In this document: positions 1 through 9,454 of the stretch, piece by piece | How positions within the stretch are numbered: position 1 is the first letter of the stretch | How the letters are laid out: every line of letters begins with the position of its first letter | NCBI GenBank assembly: GCA_964255285.1 | Contig: CAXUUL010000048.1 | Coordinates: 1 to 46,702 of the forward strand | Origin: Ionaspis alba | Taxonomy: Eukaryota | Reading direction: 5' to 3' | Length of the DNA stretch: 46,702 nt | The notes under the pieces: model-generated | Seen by the model: the letters and a program-made list of their open reading frames with translations, nothing else | Told to the model about the DNA's origin: nothing | Database searches by the model: none | Made by a program: the position numbers and the translations under genes

Positions 1-1691
1 GGTGTGTGGGCCAAGAGGAGATGGTGGAGAGGGTGGTGGTGGGGAGGTTGACTAGGACGTCTGAGTGCGGATATCAGTCAGTATAACTTAAGCCATGCGG
101 AGGGTCGGATGAAAAAGGCGGAGGAAAGCTTACTCTCGAGCTTAATATCCCGGTGCACGATATACTGCTCATGCAGATACTGCACCGCGCCGACCAATTC
201 AGCAAAGATGCGACGAATGAGCGAGGGGACCAGGAGGTCGAGTTTCAGGCTTGCGAGCTCGAAGAGGTCGCCGCCGGGGGAGTAGTTGAGGACGAGGAAG
301 GCGCGTTGGTCGAGGATGGATACCGCTTTGAGGTGCACAAGCGAGGGGTGGTGAATTGCTTTTAGGATATCCAATTCGCGTTTCAGAGACGATTCTATCT
401 TCTTTTCGTCGGCCCCGCCTGCGGGACCATGCTCGCAGATCTTTACGGCAACGAGGCTTTTCGGGTCTAGTTGGTCTTCGGAGGGGATGGGAGAGGTGGA
501 GATGGAGTCGTCGCTTGTGGCAAGCATGACGGTGCTGAAGGTCCCTTTGCCAAGTTGTCGGATTGCGGTCCATCGTCGTAATTCGCCAGTTTTCAGGTGT
601 CGCGCTTCGTAGCGCGTTGGTGGTGGACCGCTATGGACTTTTGGGCTTGTGGGTGGACTGTCGACGTCACTGCAACTTGTAGCACTCTTGTTGCTCCGTG
701 GTGGGGTAGGAGGTCGGGGAGTTGGTAGTGCTGATATGCCTCTTTGAATTGCAAGATATTCCTCTCGGTGCATTGGCTGAGACGTGGGTGGCTCCGTACT
801 CGTAGGCGTCTGCGATCCTGACACTGCGATGTTGCGTGTCCGAGGCGCATGTGCACCTTCCGGTACATATTCGCTGAGACTGCGATTGCGGGCATGACTC
901 GCAGCATTGGCTGCTAAGATGGCTGGATCCGGTGCATTGGCGGTCGAAGTTGCTGCAGATATCAGGCCCTGGTAGGCTTTGCGCTTTTTCGGCGACGTCC
1001 TGGGAAAAAGTGTCGGTTCGGAGTCGAACTCGGTCGAACTCGAAGTATAGTTCGAGCTCGGGGGAGAGAGGTTCGAAAGTCCTGCCATACCTGTCCAAGG
1101 ACTCGGAGAAGTGATACTCCCAATAGGTGACGGAAGAGGAGTAATATTAGCCAGTGGACCAAGACCTGGAGAAGATACACAAGAAGCGGGCGACAAGGAG
1201 CCACCAGTATAGTGGGCAGCTGACAGCGCAGACTTTACACTCGATGTACGAACTGGCAAACCCCCTGTACTCGGAGTATTCTGCTGCTTTTGCTGTGTTT
1301 CATTCGCCTGTACTTCCGCGGTGATTGTATCGCCTTTCGCGCTTGCGCCCCATAGATCGGTCTGCACTCGCAGCTCTGCACTTTGCGGGCTGGCTCGGTG
1401 CGTGGCTATCGTCGGATGCGCTTGTGTAGTAGAGGTATCGACTGGGTGTAGAGCGGCATTGTATTGGAATGCTGGATGTAAGGAAATGTTGGAGGAGAGG
1501 ACGACATCTGGATCGGACGACTGCAAGATGGTGGTGTATTGGTGGTTGGAGCCTGGCTGGGAGTGTGACTCTACCTTGGATGGTTGCACCGAAGAGTGGT
1601 GGATGTTGTTTAGATGGGGATCCTCTGACGTAGGTTGGCCGAGTCGCTCCTTGGCTGTGGATGTCACTTGCTGGGGCGCGATGCTTGTCAT
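1..1691 (-). CDS. Ser/Thr protein kinase with long S/P/T-rich N-terminus (3' end runs off the window)
   Basis: First ATG at 1691. Motifs LGKGTFSTV and VAVK. Intron 133-61 (GTAAGC...CTGAC...CAG) joins HRDIKLE to NVLVNLP, restoring the catalytic loop. Confidence 0.93.
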
Positions 1692-1827
1692 TGCTGGCAA
1701 AAAGGGCTAGGAACTGGACAATAAGGTGTCCTTCTACGCGATCACGGGTCTGTTTGGTATAGGCTGAAGTGACTACTACCTATATGCATCTAATTTAGCG
1801 CAAGAAGGCGGGTGAAGTCATCAGCGA

Positions 1828-1869
1828 GATCACGTGCGAGAGTCTCACACACCACGTGAAAGTCACGTT
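1828..1869. promoter_or_regulatory. Cluster of bHLH E-boxes upstream of the kinase
   Basis: CACGTG at 1831 and 1853 and CACGTT at 1864, about 140-180 bp upstream of the kinase ATG. Confidence 0.4.
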
Positions 1870-1919
1870 ACCTGATGTTTCAGATTTTAAGTTCCAGCTT
1901 TTCGTTCCTCGAGGCACTC

Positions 1920-2290
1920 CGTTCTTTAAGGTATTTCAAATCCTGCGATCTCGTGAATCTTCACATTCTGTTATTTTTTTTGCTAGACCCGTTTGTACTT
2001 TCTTCTAAAAAGTGCTAGTAACATAATCTTAATAATGATGCTATTCTTAAGCTATAAGAATCTTCAGCCACTGCAGACGCTCTCTCTAATTTCAGCTACG
2101 ACTTTTGGATTCTATAGAAACGATAGTTAGTAATAGTCCCTAGTCTTAGGGTAGATTAGAGATAGTAATGTTTATATTAGTCTCTATAATGTCTTACTAT
2201 ATGGCTTCATGTTCTTATTCCTATTGCCGAGAAGCTGTTCTGTATCACACATGGGTATCAGAAAGAATCGTTTTATATATACAGTAGTAA
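1920..2290. other. AT-rich, TpA-rich degenerate tract (probable RIP relic)
   Basis: Abrupt drop in GC with many TA dinucleotides (ctatagaaacgatagttagtaatagtccctagtcttagg) and no ORF. Confidence 0.5.
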
Positions 2291-2329
2291 TGCACAATGG
2301 GACGGCTTTGAAACGTGTCTCGGTGGTTA

Positions 2330-3742
2330 TTAGCCACCGCTTCTGTCCCTCCACTTCTCCAACAATTCTCCATTGAAAGTCATGTCCAAGATGGCCGTGC
2401 CGAACTCGTCAATGTCAGCTGGTTCCGCCTCGTCAAAGAGCCTCGCGCACTCGAAGCGCTGCAAGAACGCCACATTCTTTCCCAAGCACAGCTTCTCCCA
2501 CTCGGTAGCGCTCGCGGCATTCCAAAGGCCGCTGCGATTCGTGTACATGACGCCGCCGGGGCAGGCCGACCAGCGCTGCTGCAGCGCGCAGAAGATAGGA
2601 GAGAGGCCGACAGCGACGAGCCAGGTGCGGCGAATGCTCTCCGAAAGGATCCATAGGTACCACTGTTGCTGTGAGTAGGTGGACGGCCTTGGCAGACAGC
2701 CGATAAGATGCGCGGCAGCGGCCTGGGTGTTTGACAATGCCTTTGCGGCCGAGTGAAAGAGCTTGCCAGCCCAGCTATCCTGGACGGCCATGTGGCCTTC
2801 GGCGACGTGGCGGGAGCGGATGTCGCCGTCGAAAAGGCCGATGATCTGGTAGACCATGAGCGCGTGCAGCCTTGTTAGCTGCGCGAACAGGCCAATATCT
2901 TGCTCCTCTCCGTCGGCCCATTTCTCCGCGCCAACTCTTTCTAGAACAGCCCCGTTCTCCTGGAGTAAATCGTTCGACCTGTCCTCTATAATTTGGAAGA
3001 CGGTGTCTGTGTTTGCGGGTGTCCGGTGGATATAGCTAGCCAGCGTGGCATGCGCGATCTGCACGCACGCCGGAAAGTTCGCACTATATAGACGGGAATG
3101 GATAAAAGGATTGCTGCCGGTGGTAACCCAGCGTTCGAACCAAGACTGCAGCACCGCCACGTATTTCGTCATCGTCCCTTTGCCAATTGCCTTAGTGGCC
3201 GAGGTTTCCGCTCTATGGGATATCCTCCACGTTTCGGGCGCAAGGAACCAGTCTGCCCCGGTCGCCGGTGCACTGGGCGTTTCAATGAGAGACGTCGGGG
3301 CAGCGAAGTCACTATCTATCAGTGGGAATGCCAGGTCCAACATAAGATCGTCTGCAAGGATTAGGTTTGCGGTGCGGGAGGATGTGTTGCCGGCAACCTC
3401 AGCGAGCAGTTCATCCTCTACTGTCGGCACCGAGCCTCTCAACGCATCCGACAGCAATGGCCGAGACGAGGAAGCTGCTCTGCTTCTCGACCGCGGATAG
3501 ACGCAGGACCTGCCCCTATCCGCGCATCGTGCACACGACGGCATTTGCCGACCGCACTTCCGCTTCGACCTGGCGCAGGCGCTGCAGGCATTCGACTCAG
3601 TGTGCACCGGCATAGTCAGAGGACAAATCTTTTTGGAGTCTTTTTCGAGGGCAGAACTGGCTCCGGATCTTGTCTGCGGCGGCAGTCGAGGGGAATATTG
3701 TAGGCGCGCATTTGTCATCGGGTGGTGCATCCGCATGTCCAT
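2330..3742 (-). CDS. Zn(II)2Cys6 transcription factor
   Basis: Six-Cys cluster CSACARSKRKCGRQMPSCARCADRGRSC and C-terminal WILSESIRRTW motif. Intronless; the true start may be the ATG at 3613. Confidence 0.92.
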   Translation of the reverse strand: MDMRMHHPMTNARLQYSPRLPPQTRSGASSALEKDSKKICPLTMPVHTESNACSACARSKRKCGRQMPSCARCADRGRSCVYPRSRSRAASSSRPLLSDALRGSVPTVEDELLAEVAGNTSSRTANLILADDLMLDLAFPLIDSDFAAPTSLIETPSAPATGADWFLAPETWRISHRAETSATKAIGKGTMTKYVAVLQSWFERWVTTGSNPFIHSRLYSANFPACVQIAHATLASYIHRTPANTDTVFQIIEDRSNDLLQENGAVLERVGAEKWADGEEQDIGLFAQLTRLHALMVYQIIGLFDGDIRSRHVAEGHMAVQDSWAGKLFHSAAKALSNTQAAAAHLIGCLPRPSTYSQQQWYLWILSESIRRTWLVAVGLSPIFCALQQRWSACPGGVMYTNRSGLWNAASATEWEKLCLGKNVAFLQRFECARLFDEAEPADIDEFGTAILDMTFNGELLEKWRDRSGG

Positions 3743-4066
3743 TGGGCAATTGCCCGCACGCTAATCCGAACGGCGGAAGCCTAGTCCGCAACACAAAACA
3801 TCTCCATTTCTAGAGAATCTATATCGAGGACAAAGAGCCTCCTGTTATTGATGAGGTAAGATGGTTTGATGACATAAAGCTATCTGGAGTTGCAGTGCAG
3901 TCTTTATCGACCATGCAATCGGCGGGTGCTTCTACTAATCAACTCACCATGGCAATACCACTTCGCCGTATTTCCATTATGGGAAAAAATATCTCTCTGC
4001 CCTGAAGAAACGGCAATGCACTCCAAGTCACACCTTGAATACATTTTGTTTAGGAGACCGCGGCGG
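3677..4066. promoter_or_regulatory. Four CGGCGG elements in the Zn2Cys6/SDR divergent region
   Basis: CGGCGG at 3677, 3771, 3920 and 4061. CGG triplets are the canonical Zn2Cys6 half-sites. Confidence 0.35.
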
Positions 4067-4159
4067 GCCAGAGCTTACCAATATGTAACAAAGCGGACTC
4101 AAACTTGTGCGCGGGTTAGCTCTCGGGATTTCGCACGGATGCCGTGAGGTGGCTCTGAG

Positions 4160-4168
4160 TATATATAA
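4160..4168 (+). promoter_or_regulatory. TATA box of the SDR gene
   Basis: TATATATAA about 90 bp upstream of ATG 4251. Confidence 0.55.
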
Positions 4169-4250
4169 GAAGACTCCAACGAAGACTTACAATCCGTATC
4201 ACAATCAAGTACTCTGCTTTGCATCCCACACCAATTTAAAATCACTCAAT

Positions 4251-5246
4251 ATGTCCGTGTACGTTATTACCGGGGTGTCGAAGGGAATCGGGGTGAGTCT
4301 GCCTTATGCCGTATTACGCATTGCTTTTGCTTAATCCAGCCCAGTTCGAGCTCGTCAAGCAGATTTCGGAAGACCTGAAGAACCTGGTCGTCGGTCTGGT
4401 TCGCGACAAGGCTGCGACCGAGAAGAAGATGGCGGCAGAGCTGGGCGACCGTTCCAATGTCCACATCCTTCATGCAGACCTTGTCAACTATGCCAGCCTG
4501 AAGCAAGCCGCTGCCGACACTGCTAAGATTGTTGGCGAGCGTGGTATCGACTACCTGGTTGCCAACGGAGCTTTCCTGTCCCACTTCGACGCCTATGACC
4601 CCCTAGGCGCATTGTAGGTCTACTTCCCTCTGGCTACTGTCCGGGTTGGTCTGTGGTTAACGCTATGTGTTCAACAGGAGCGACAAGGTCGAGGAGCTGG
4701 AGGATGTCTCATCGAAGTCATTCCAGACCAATGTCGTTGGCAACATCCACCTCTTTAACCTCTTCCTCCCTCTTGTCATGAAGGGCAAGGTCAAGAAGGT
4801 CATTACCATTTCCAGCGGCCACGCCGACCTCGACTTTATCAACGATTTCGATATTGAGAATAGTGCTTTGTACTCTGCCTCCAAGGCGGCCATGAACGTC
4901 ATTGTAGCCAAGTTCAACGCGCAATATAGGAAAGACGGTGTACTCTTCGTGAGTATCAGCCCAGGAGCGGTAGAGGTGGGCCACTTTGAAAATGGTACGT
5001 ATCCCTTGTCTTCAAGATTGAAACATCTGGACATTTTACTAATGCAGATCTATAGCCACTCCAGAACAGATCCAAGGCTTGATGGGATTTATGGGCAAAC
5101 TTTCAAGCTATGCCCCTCACTTCAAGGGCCTAACCCCCGTAGACGAAGCCGTCCGAAATCTCAGGTCGACATGGGAGAAGGCCAGCATCGACAGTGGGTA
5201 TGGTGGTGCATTTATCTCGCATTTTGGAAACAAGCAGTGGCTGTAA
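4251..5246 (+). CDS. Short-chain dehydrogenase/reductase (classical, C-factor-like)
   Basis: Exons 4251-4292, 4345-4613, 4678-4994, 5056-5246, all with GT-AG introns. Cofactor motif ITGVSKGIG, then VANGA, ISS and catalytic YSASK. Confidence 0.93.
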
Positions 5247-5592
5247 ACCTAGAATCCCGATCCATTAGATCAGATATACTTATTGATGTAGGTGTACGCT
5301 ACACGTACATCCATGTGCACTTTACGACACCAAGTTATATGTCAATAAACCAAATTTCAGATGTCCATTGATGTAGTTGATGTAACTAGGTGTACCAAGC
5401 TTCGATTTGCTGCCCTAAATAAATACTCCCAGGCTTCCGGAGGTAAGACGCGGCCATTATCACTACCGCCACCACCGCCACACTCAATAAGCAAGGGGAA
5501 ACGCGTGTGATCTGAGACGCGCATGACTGGGCCACCTCAGCACCGTGCAATATTTCCGCACACTACGAGCCACAGTTTCGATATAGTTATTC

Positions 5593-5888
5593 CTAGCGAA
5601 ACATGGCATTGATATCTCATGAAAGCTCGGCATGGTTTGACTTGTCAATGCAGCAAGTGTTAACCTAGAAGTACTGCAGGTCATCGCGTTTGGCTTGTTC
5701 TGCGCAGAATCGAAGCTTGTCATAGCTACTCTTACTCTTGCTAGTACCATCTCTCAGATCTTTGAAGTCACCTCTTGATTCTTAACCCAAGTGTGCGACA
5801 GTATTGCTTAAAGAGGGATCGTGTCATTGCTAATGAGGTCTCTCGTCAGGCTGAACTCGCCTGCGTTATTACACTGCAACCAATGCAT
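5593..5888 (-). pseudogene. HET-domain pseudogene (HET-E/NLR N-terminal type)
   Basis: Translation through stops and a 1-nt frameshift near 5768: MHWLQCNNAGEFSLTRDLISNDTIPL*AILSHTWVKNQEVT/KDLRDGTSKSKSSYDKLRFCAEQAKRDDLQYF*VNTCCIDKSNHAELS*DINAMFR*. This matches the YAILSHTW / WVDTCCIDKS / INSMFRW HET motifs. Confidence 0.9.
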
Positions 5889-6422
5889 ACCGTCTCACTC
5901 CGCAAGGTGAAGGCGGCGGCAGCGACGGACATGGTCATCTTTGCCGTCTGCTTTAGAACCGAGAGACTGCTGATGTCCTCTGTTGTTCTGAAGATGATAT
6001 ACTTCCTGCCCGTCGCCGTCAATGTCATTGTCCTTATCTTTTGGATCAGACGCCTGATACACGGAAACGACGAGCCCATCTCCAACAGCACCCATATCTT
6101 ACTTGTTCGGACTGTCGAGAGCGGATGACGACTGATGCGAGACAGATCCGTCGTTTCGAGTGTTGACAGGGTCTTCCCGAGGCCTATGCGGCACTATAGT
6201 ATCCGTGTATTCCAGCGGCGCATCCTACTCGCTTTCGACACCGTCTAGACGCGGTCTGGTATCATATCCATCGGTATTTTCGCCTACGCTCCTGGCTTTA
6301 CTGGCTCTGTTCGTGCTGTTCGCAGGGACATTTATTTCCTCATCCGCCTGGCCCATATCGGTGAAGGCGTCAGCTTCGCTTCCGCCACCGCGGCGGCTCG
6401 GGCTAGCGGTTTCGTCAAGGCT
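5889..6422 (-). pseudogene. Degenerate acidic/polar reading frame directly upstream of and in frame with the HET relic
   Basis: ORFs 6225-6479 and 5895-6095 and the HET ATG at 5888 share one frame, broken only by single TAG, TAA and TGA stops. Confidence 0.55.
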
Positions 6423-6655
6423 CAGAAGGAATACATTCAGATTCGAGAAGATATTGAGGAATTTCTCCTCTCCGCCCAATCTGATCTGAGTTTTGTTGGC
6501 CGGATCGATTTTTGGTTGTAGATATCATTTTCTAGAGCGCGATGCTTGTCATTGCTGTTTAAAAAAAAACAGGAATTGGATCATAGAGTGTTTTTCTACG
6601 CGGTCACAGGTCTGTTTGGTATAGACTGAAATAACTACTATCTCTAATTTAACGC
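6423..6655 (-). repeat. Chimeric degenerate duplicate: kinase upstream region plus first codons fused to an internal fragment of the HET-6-like gene
   Basis: 6494-6655 aligns to 1633-~1801 and 6423-6508 aligns to 8602-8687. The two alignments overlap at a shared 15-mer. Confidence 0.92.
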
Positions 6656-6862
6656 GCCAAAACCCCACCAGAGGTACGGATCGCCGAACTGGCCGATACG
6701 GATCGAGGGCGCTCGCCCAAAAGAAATAAGTTGAGCATTATAGGGAGATACATGTTACAAATATACTATCTCTATTTCTCAGTCCGGTTTATTTAGAGCA
6801 GACTTTGTGAAGGATATTATCTCATTAAGCTTATCCAGCGGAGTACCAGCTCTTTTCGTCTA

Positions 6863-8859
6863 TCAAACAATCTTCATCTTCTCGCATCTCGCCTCATCCC
6901 ATGCTTCCCCATGCATGATTCCATGTATGTAGCAGTCGCCGATGATCTCCCATCCAGAAGCCCCGTTTGGACGAATGATGAATGGCAACTTCCCGCCCTT
7001 GAAAAGCGCAACACGATCTCCTGCTTGGGCAATACCCGCAACCATGCCGACGAAACCCTTTTCAGTCATCACCGCCTTCCTGCTAATCATGGCTGATACA
7101 AGCATCCTGAAAGCTATTTCGGGATTTGGGATGCCGAGGAGGCGGAGAAGCTGCTCGATGAGCAGGAATAACATGTAGGCCCAGACAAAGCCTTCAAGAC
7201 GCAGTTTGTACAACAGCCGGAGGTACCACTGTCGTTTTTCGAACTTATTAAATGCATCGCGCATTTCTTCTTTCGTTTTTAGGAACACACCCGCAACAAG
7301 GGTTTGCCACGTTACCTCGTACATGTTTTCTCCCGTCGGGTATTCAGCGCCAGACCGGCCACCGATTACACTTTCCCAATCATACACCAAGGCTTGGTTA
7401 GCTTGTAGGATCTTGGCTTGTGCACGTATTGATAGATTGCCCGTGGGGTTCTGTAGTATCCACTGTCGGCTGATAGATGTAATAGTATCGAAGACATATC
7501 CAGAAAGTTCCAAACAATCATTTGCTTCATCAATGACTGATGAATACGTCGACTGGTTTGAGGCAGCTGCTGGAACTCCGTGGTTCACGGTGTTCGCGTG
7601 GCGTATCTCCAATTGCAGCAAAGAGAAACATACCGGCTGGGAGCAACTCCAGTCAGGAACCCAGGAGGGTAGATCTGAAGCTCTGGCAAGGCGAGGTATG
7701 CTCAGGGAATCTAGATCAGATGCTTTTTCAAGTGTTGCTATTGCGAGTCTTTTGCAGATTTGTTCTTTGCTGACGTTATAGTCTGGTTCGGTGCCATGCC
7801 TTTCGAGACTGACGCGACAGGATATGCCGTAGAAAGCGAAGATATGATCTCGGGCATCTGACGCCAGCGTCTCTCGGTGTCGAAGTAAGACCTCATAATA
7901 TAACGTCTGCAGTCCTTGCAAATATTCTTGCTGGGAGACCTGCAGTAGCAGAAATGCATTCAGATCTGGCATCCCGTAATACTCGAAAACCCAGGCTTGG
8001 GATTGCACAGCGTAAAGAGTCGCGACCACCAAGACGGACCAATGTATGGCCTTGTCACCACAAATAATCCGAAGGTTGGAAGAGACAACAACTTCCTGCA
8101 CCACCCATGCCCTCGTGAACCAAGGGCGGTTCATCAAATCAAAAAAGGCTTTCCATGACTTGCTGGGAACAGTGGTCAATTGGTCGTGGTTAGCAGTCGG
8201 CCACCACGACCGCTTTGCTCCATCCTTTTTCGCTCCGCTCTAAGATGCCTCGTAAAGCCTGTTCGCAACTTCGAGACCGGCCGTGCTATTTTCGCTTTCT
8301 ACGCCGAGCCAGATGAACGTCCTAGTAGCCCTGCGATAGATATCACGCATCANNNNNNNNNNNNNNNNNNNNNNNNNNNNNNNNNNNNNNNNNNNNNNNN
8401 NNNNNNNNNNNNNNNNNNNNNNNNNNNNNNNNNNNNNNNNNNNNNNNNNNNNTCTACGCCGAGCCAGATGAACGTCCTAGTAGCCCTGCGATAGATATCA
8501 CGCATCAATAGAATCTGCTGACTCTTTTCCTCGTTGTTTGTCTGGTCAATACAGACGGAGTCCACCCACAGAGTCCGTTTGGACCCTTTCGCCCGCATGG
8601 ACAGGAGGAATGCATTTAGATTCGAGGGGATACTGAGAAGTTTCTCCTCTCCGCCCAATCTGATCTGGGTTTGGTTGGCCGGGTCGCCCCAGCAGTAGGA
8701 CACGGCCTCGTATTGAGGACTTTGCGATAACCGGTGCACAGCGATGCTGAGGGAGATCTCCCCTTCTTTCTCACCAGGCGGGAGCGTCACGAGGCGGATG
8801 TAGTTGTCGGTATTCGGTTGGGTGACGATTGGGAGCGCCGTGTACTGGTAAGCTGCCAT
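6863..8859 (-). pseudogene. HET-6-like heterokaryon incompatibility protein with one in-frame premature stop (possible null allele)
   Basis: Motifs YEAVSYCWG, LWVDSVCIDQ...MRDIYRRA...IWLG, RPWFTRAWVVQE and C-terminal IGDCYIHGIMHGE. After collapsing the gap overlap the frame is continuous (613 codons) except for TAG at 8242-8240. Confidence 0.8.
8298..8507. other. Scaffold gap (100 N) with exact 55-bp flanking overlap
   Basis: 8298-8352 is identical to 8453-8507, with N at 8353-8452. Confidence 0.95.
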
Positions 8860-9454
8860 TGAGATTGTCCGAGTTCTAATGCGCTAGAAGCGGAAATGTA
8901 GATCCTTTAGTTATTGTTGAGGCAATGTTTCATGGATGGGAGCATTTCGAAATGTGGATTTTGTCTAGAAGTAAATGATGAGCATGCTGAGACTTGACTA
9001 TAGTAAATGTGATTGTGTTGCAGATAATTCTTCAGATTTGATCTTGCAAGGTACACGCTATTTGGTAGGCCACAGATGCCAAATCAGATCCGGCAGATTA
9101 ATCACGGCATCTAAGCGTGCAGGCGGCTCGGTCCAGAGGCTTAAATCAGCACTTTGCCAAGCATTATCGATGCAAGACTAAGGCCGCCATCTGCAGGCTG
9201 AGGAAGATGTCAGAATTACCACAAACACGTGGGGGTAAGGTCATTTACAGAGAAGCCCATGTATATGTTCATCGTAGGTGTGAATTCTGTGTAAAGAATA
9301 AAAGCCGAAGTGAAAGTAGCAGAAAGGGTAACGCTCTCAAGTTTCTTGGAGTCTTGGAGTCTTGCAACAAGATCAAGCCACAGTAACTCCACGCTAAGAC
9401 CCGTAAGCCATATACCGAAAAGCCAAATTCCACGCTCCATTGCAATCGTCAATA

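Noticed and set aside
5775..6128. Plus-strand 117-aa hydrophobic ORF
   Set aside because: Antisense to the decayed HET-associated frame and starts with TTG.
8298..8507. Apparent 55-bp direct repeat inside the HET gene
   Set aside because: It flanks a 100-N gap, and the second gap shows the same 55-bp overlap. This is an assembler k-mer overlap, not an LTR or target-site duplication.
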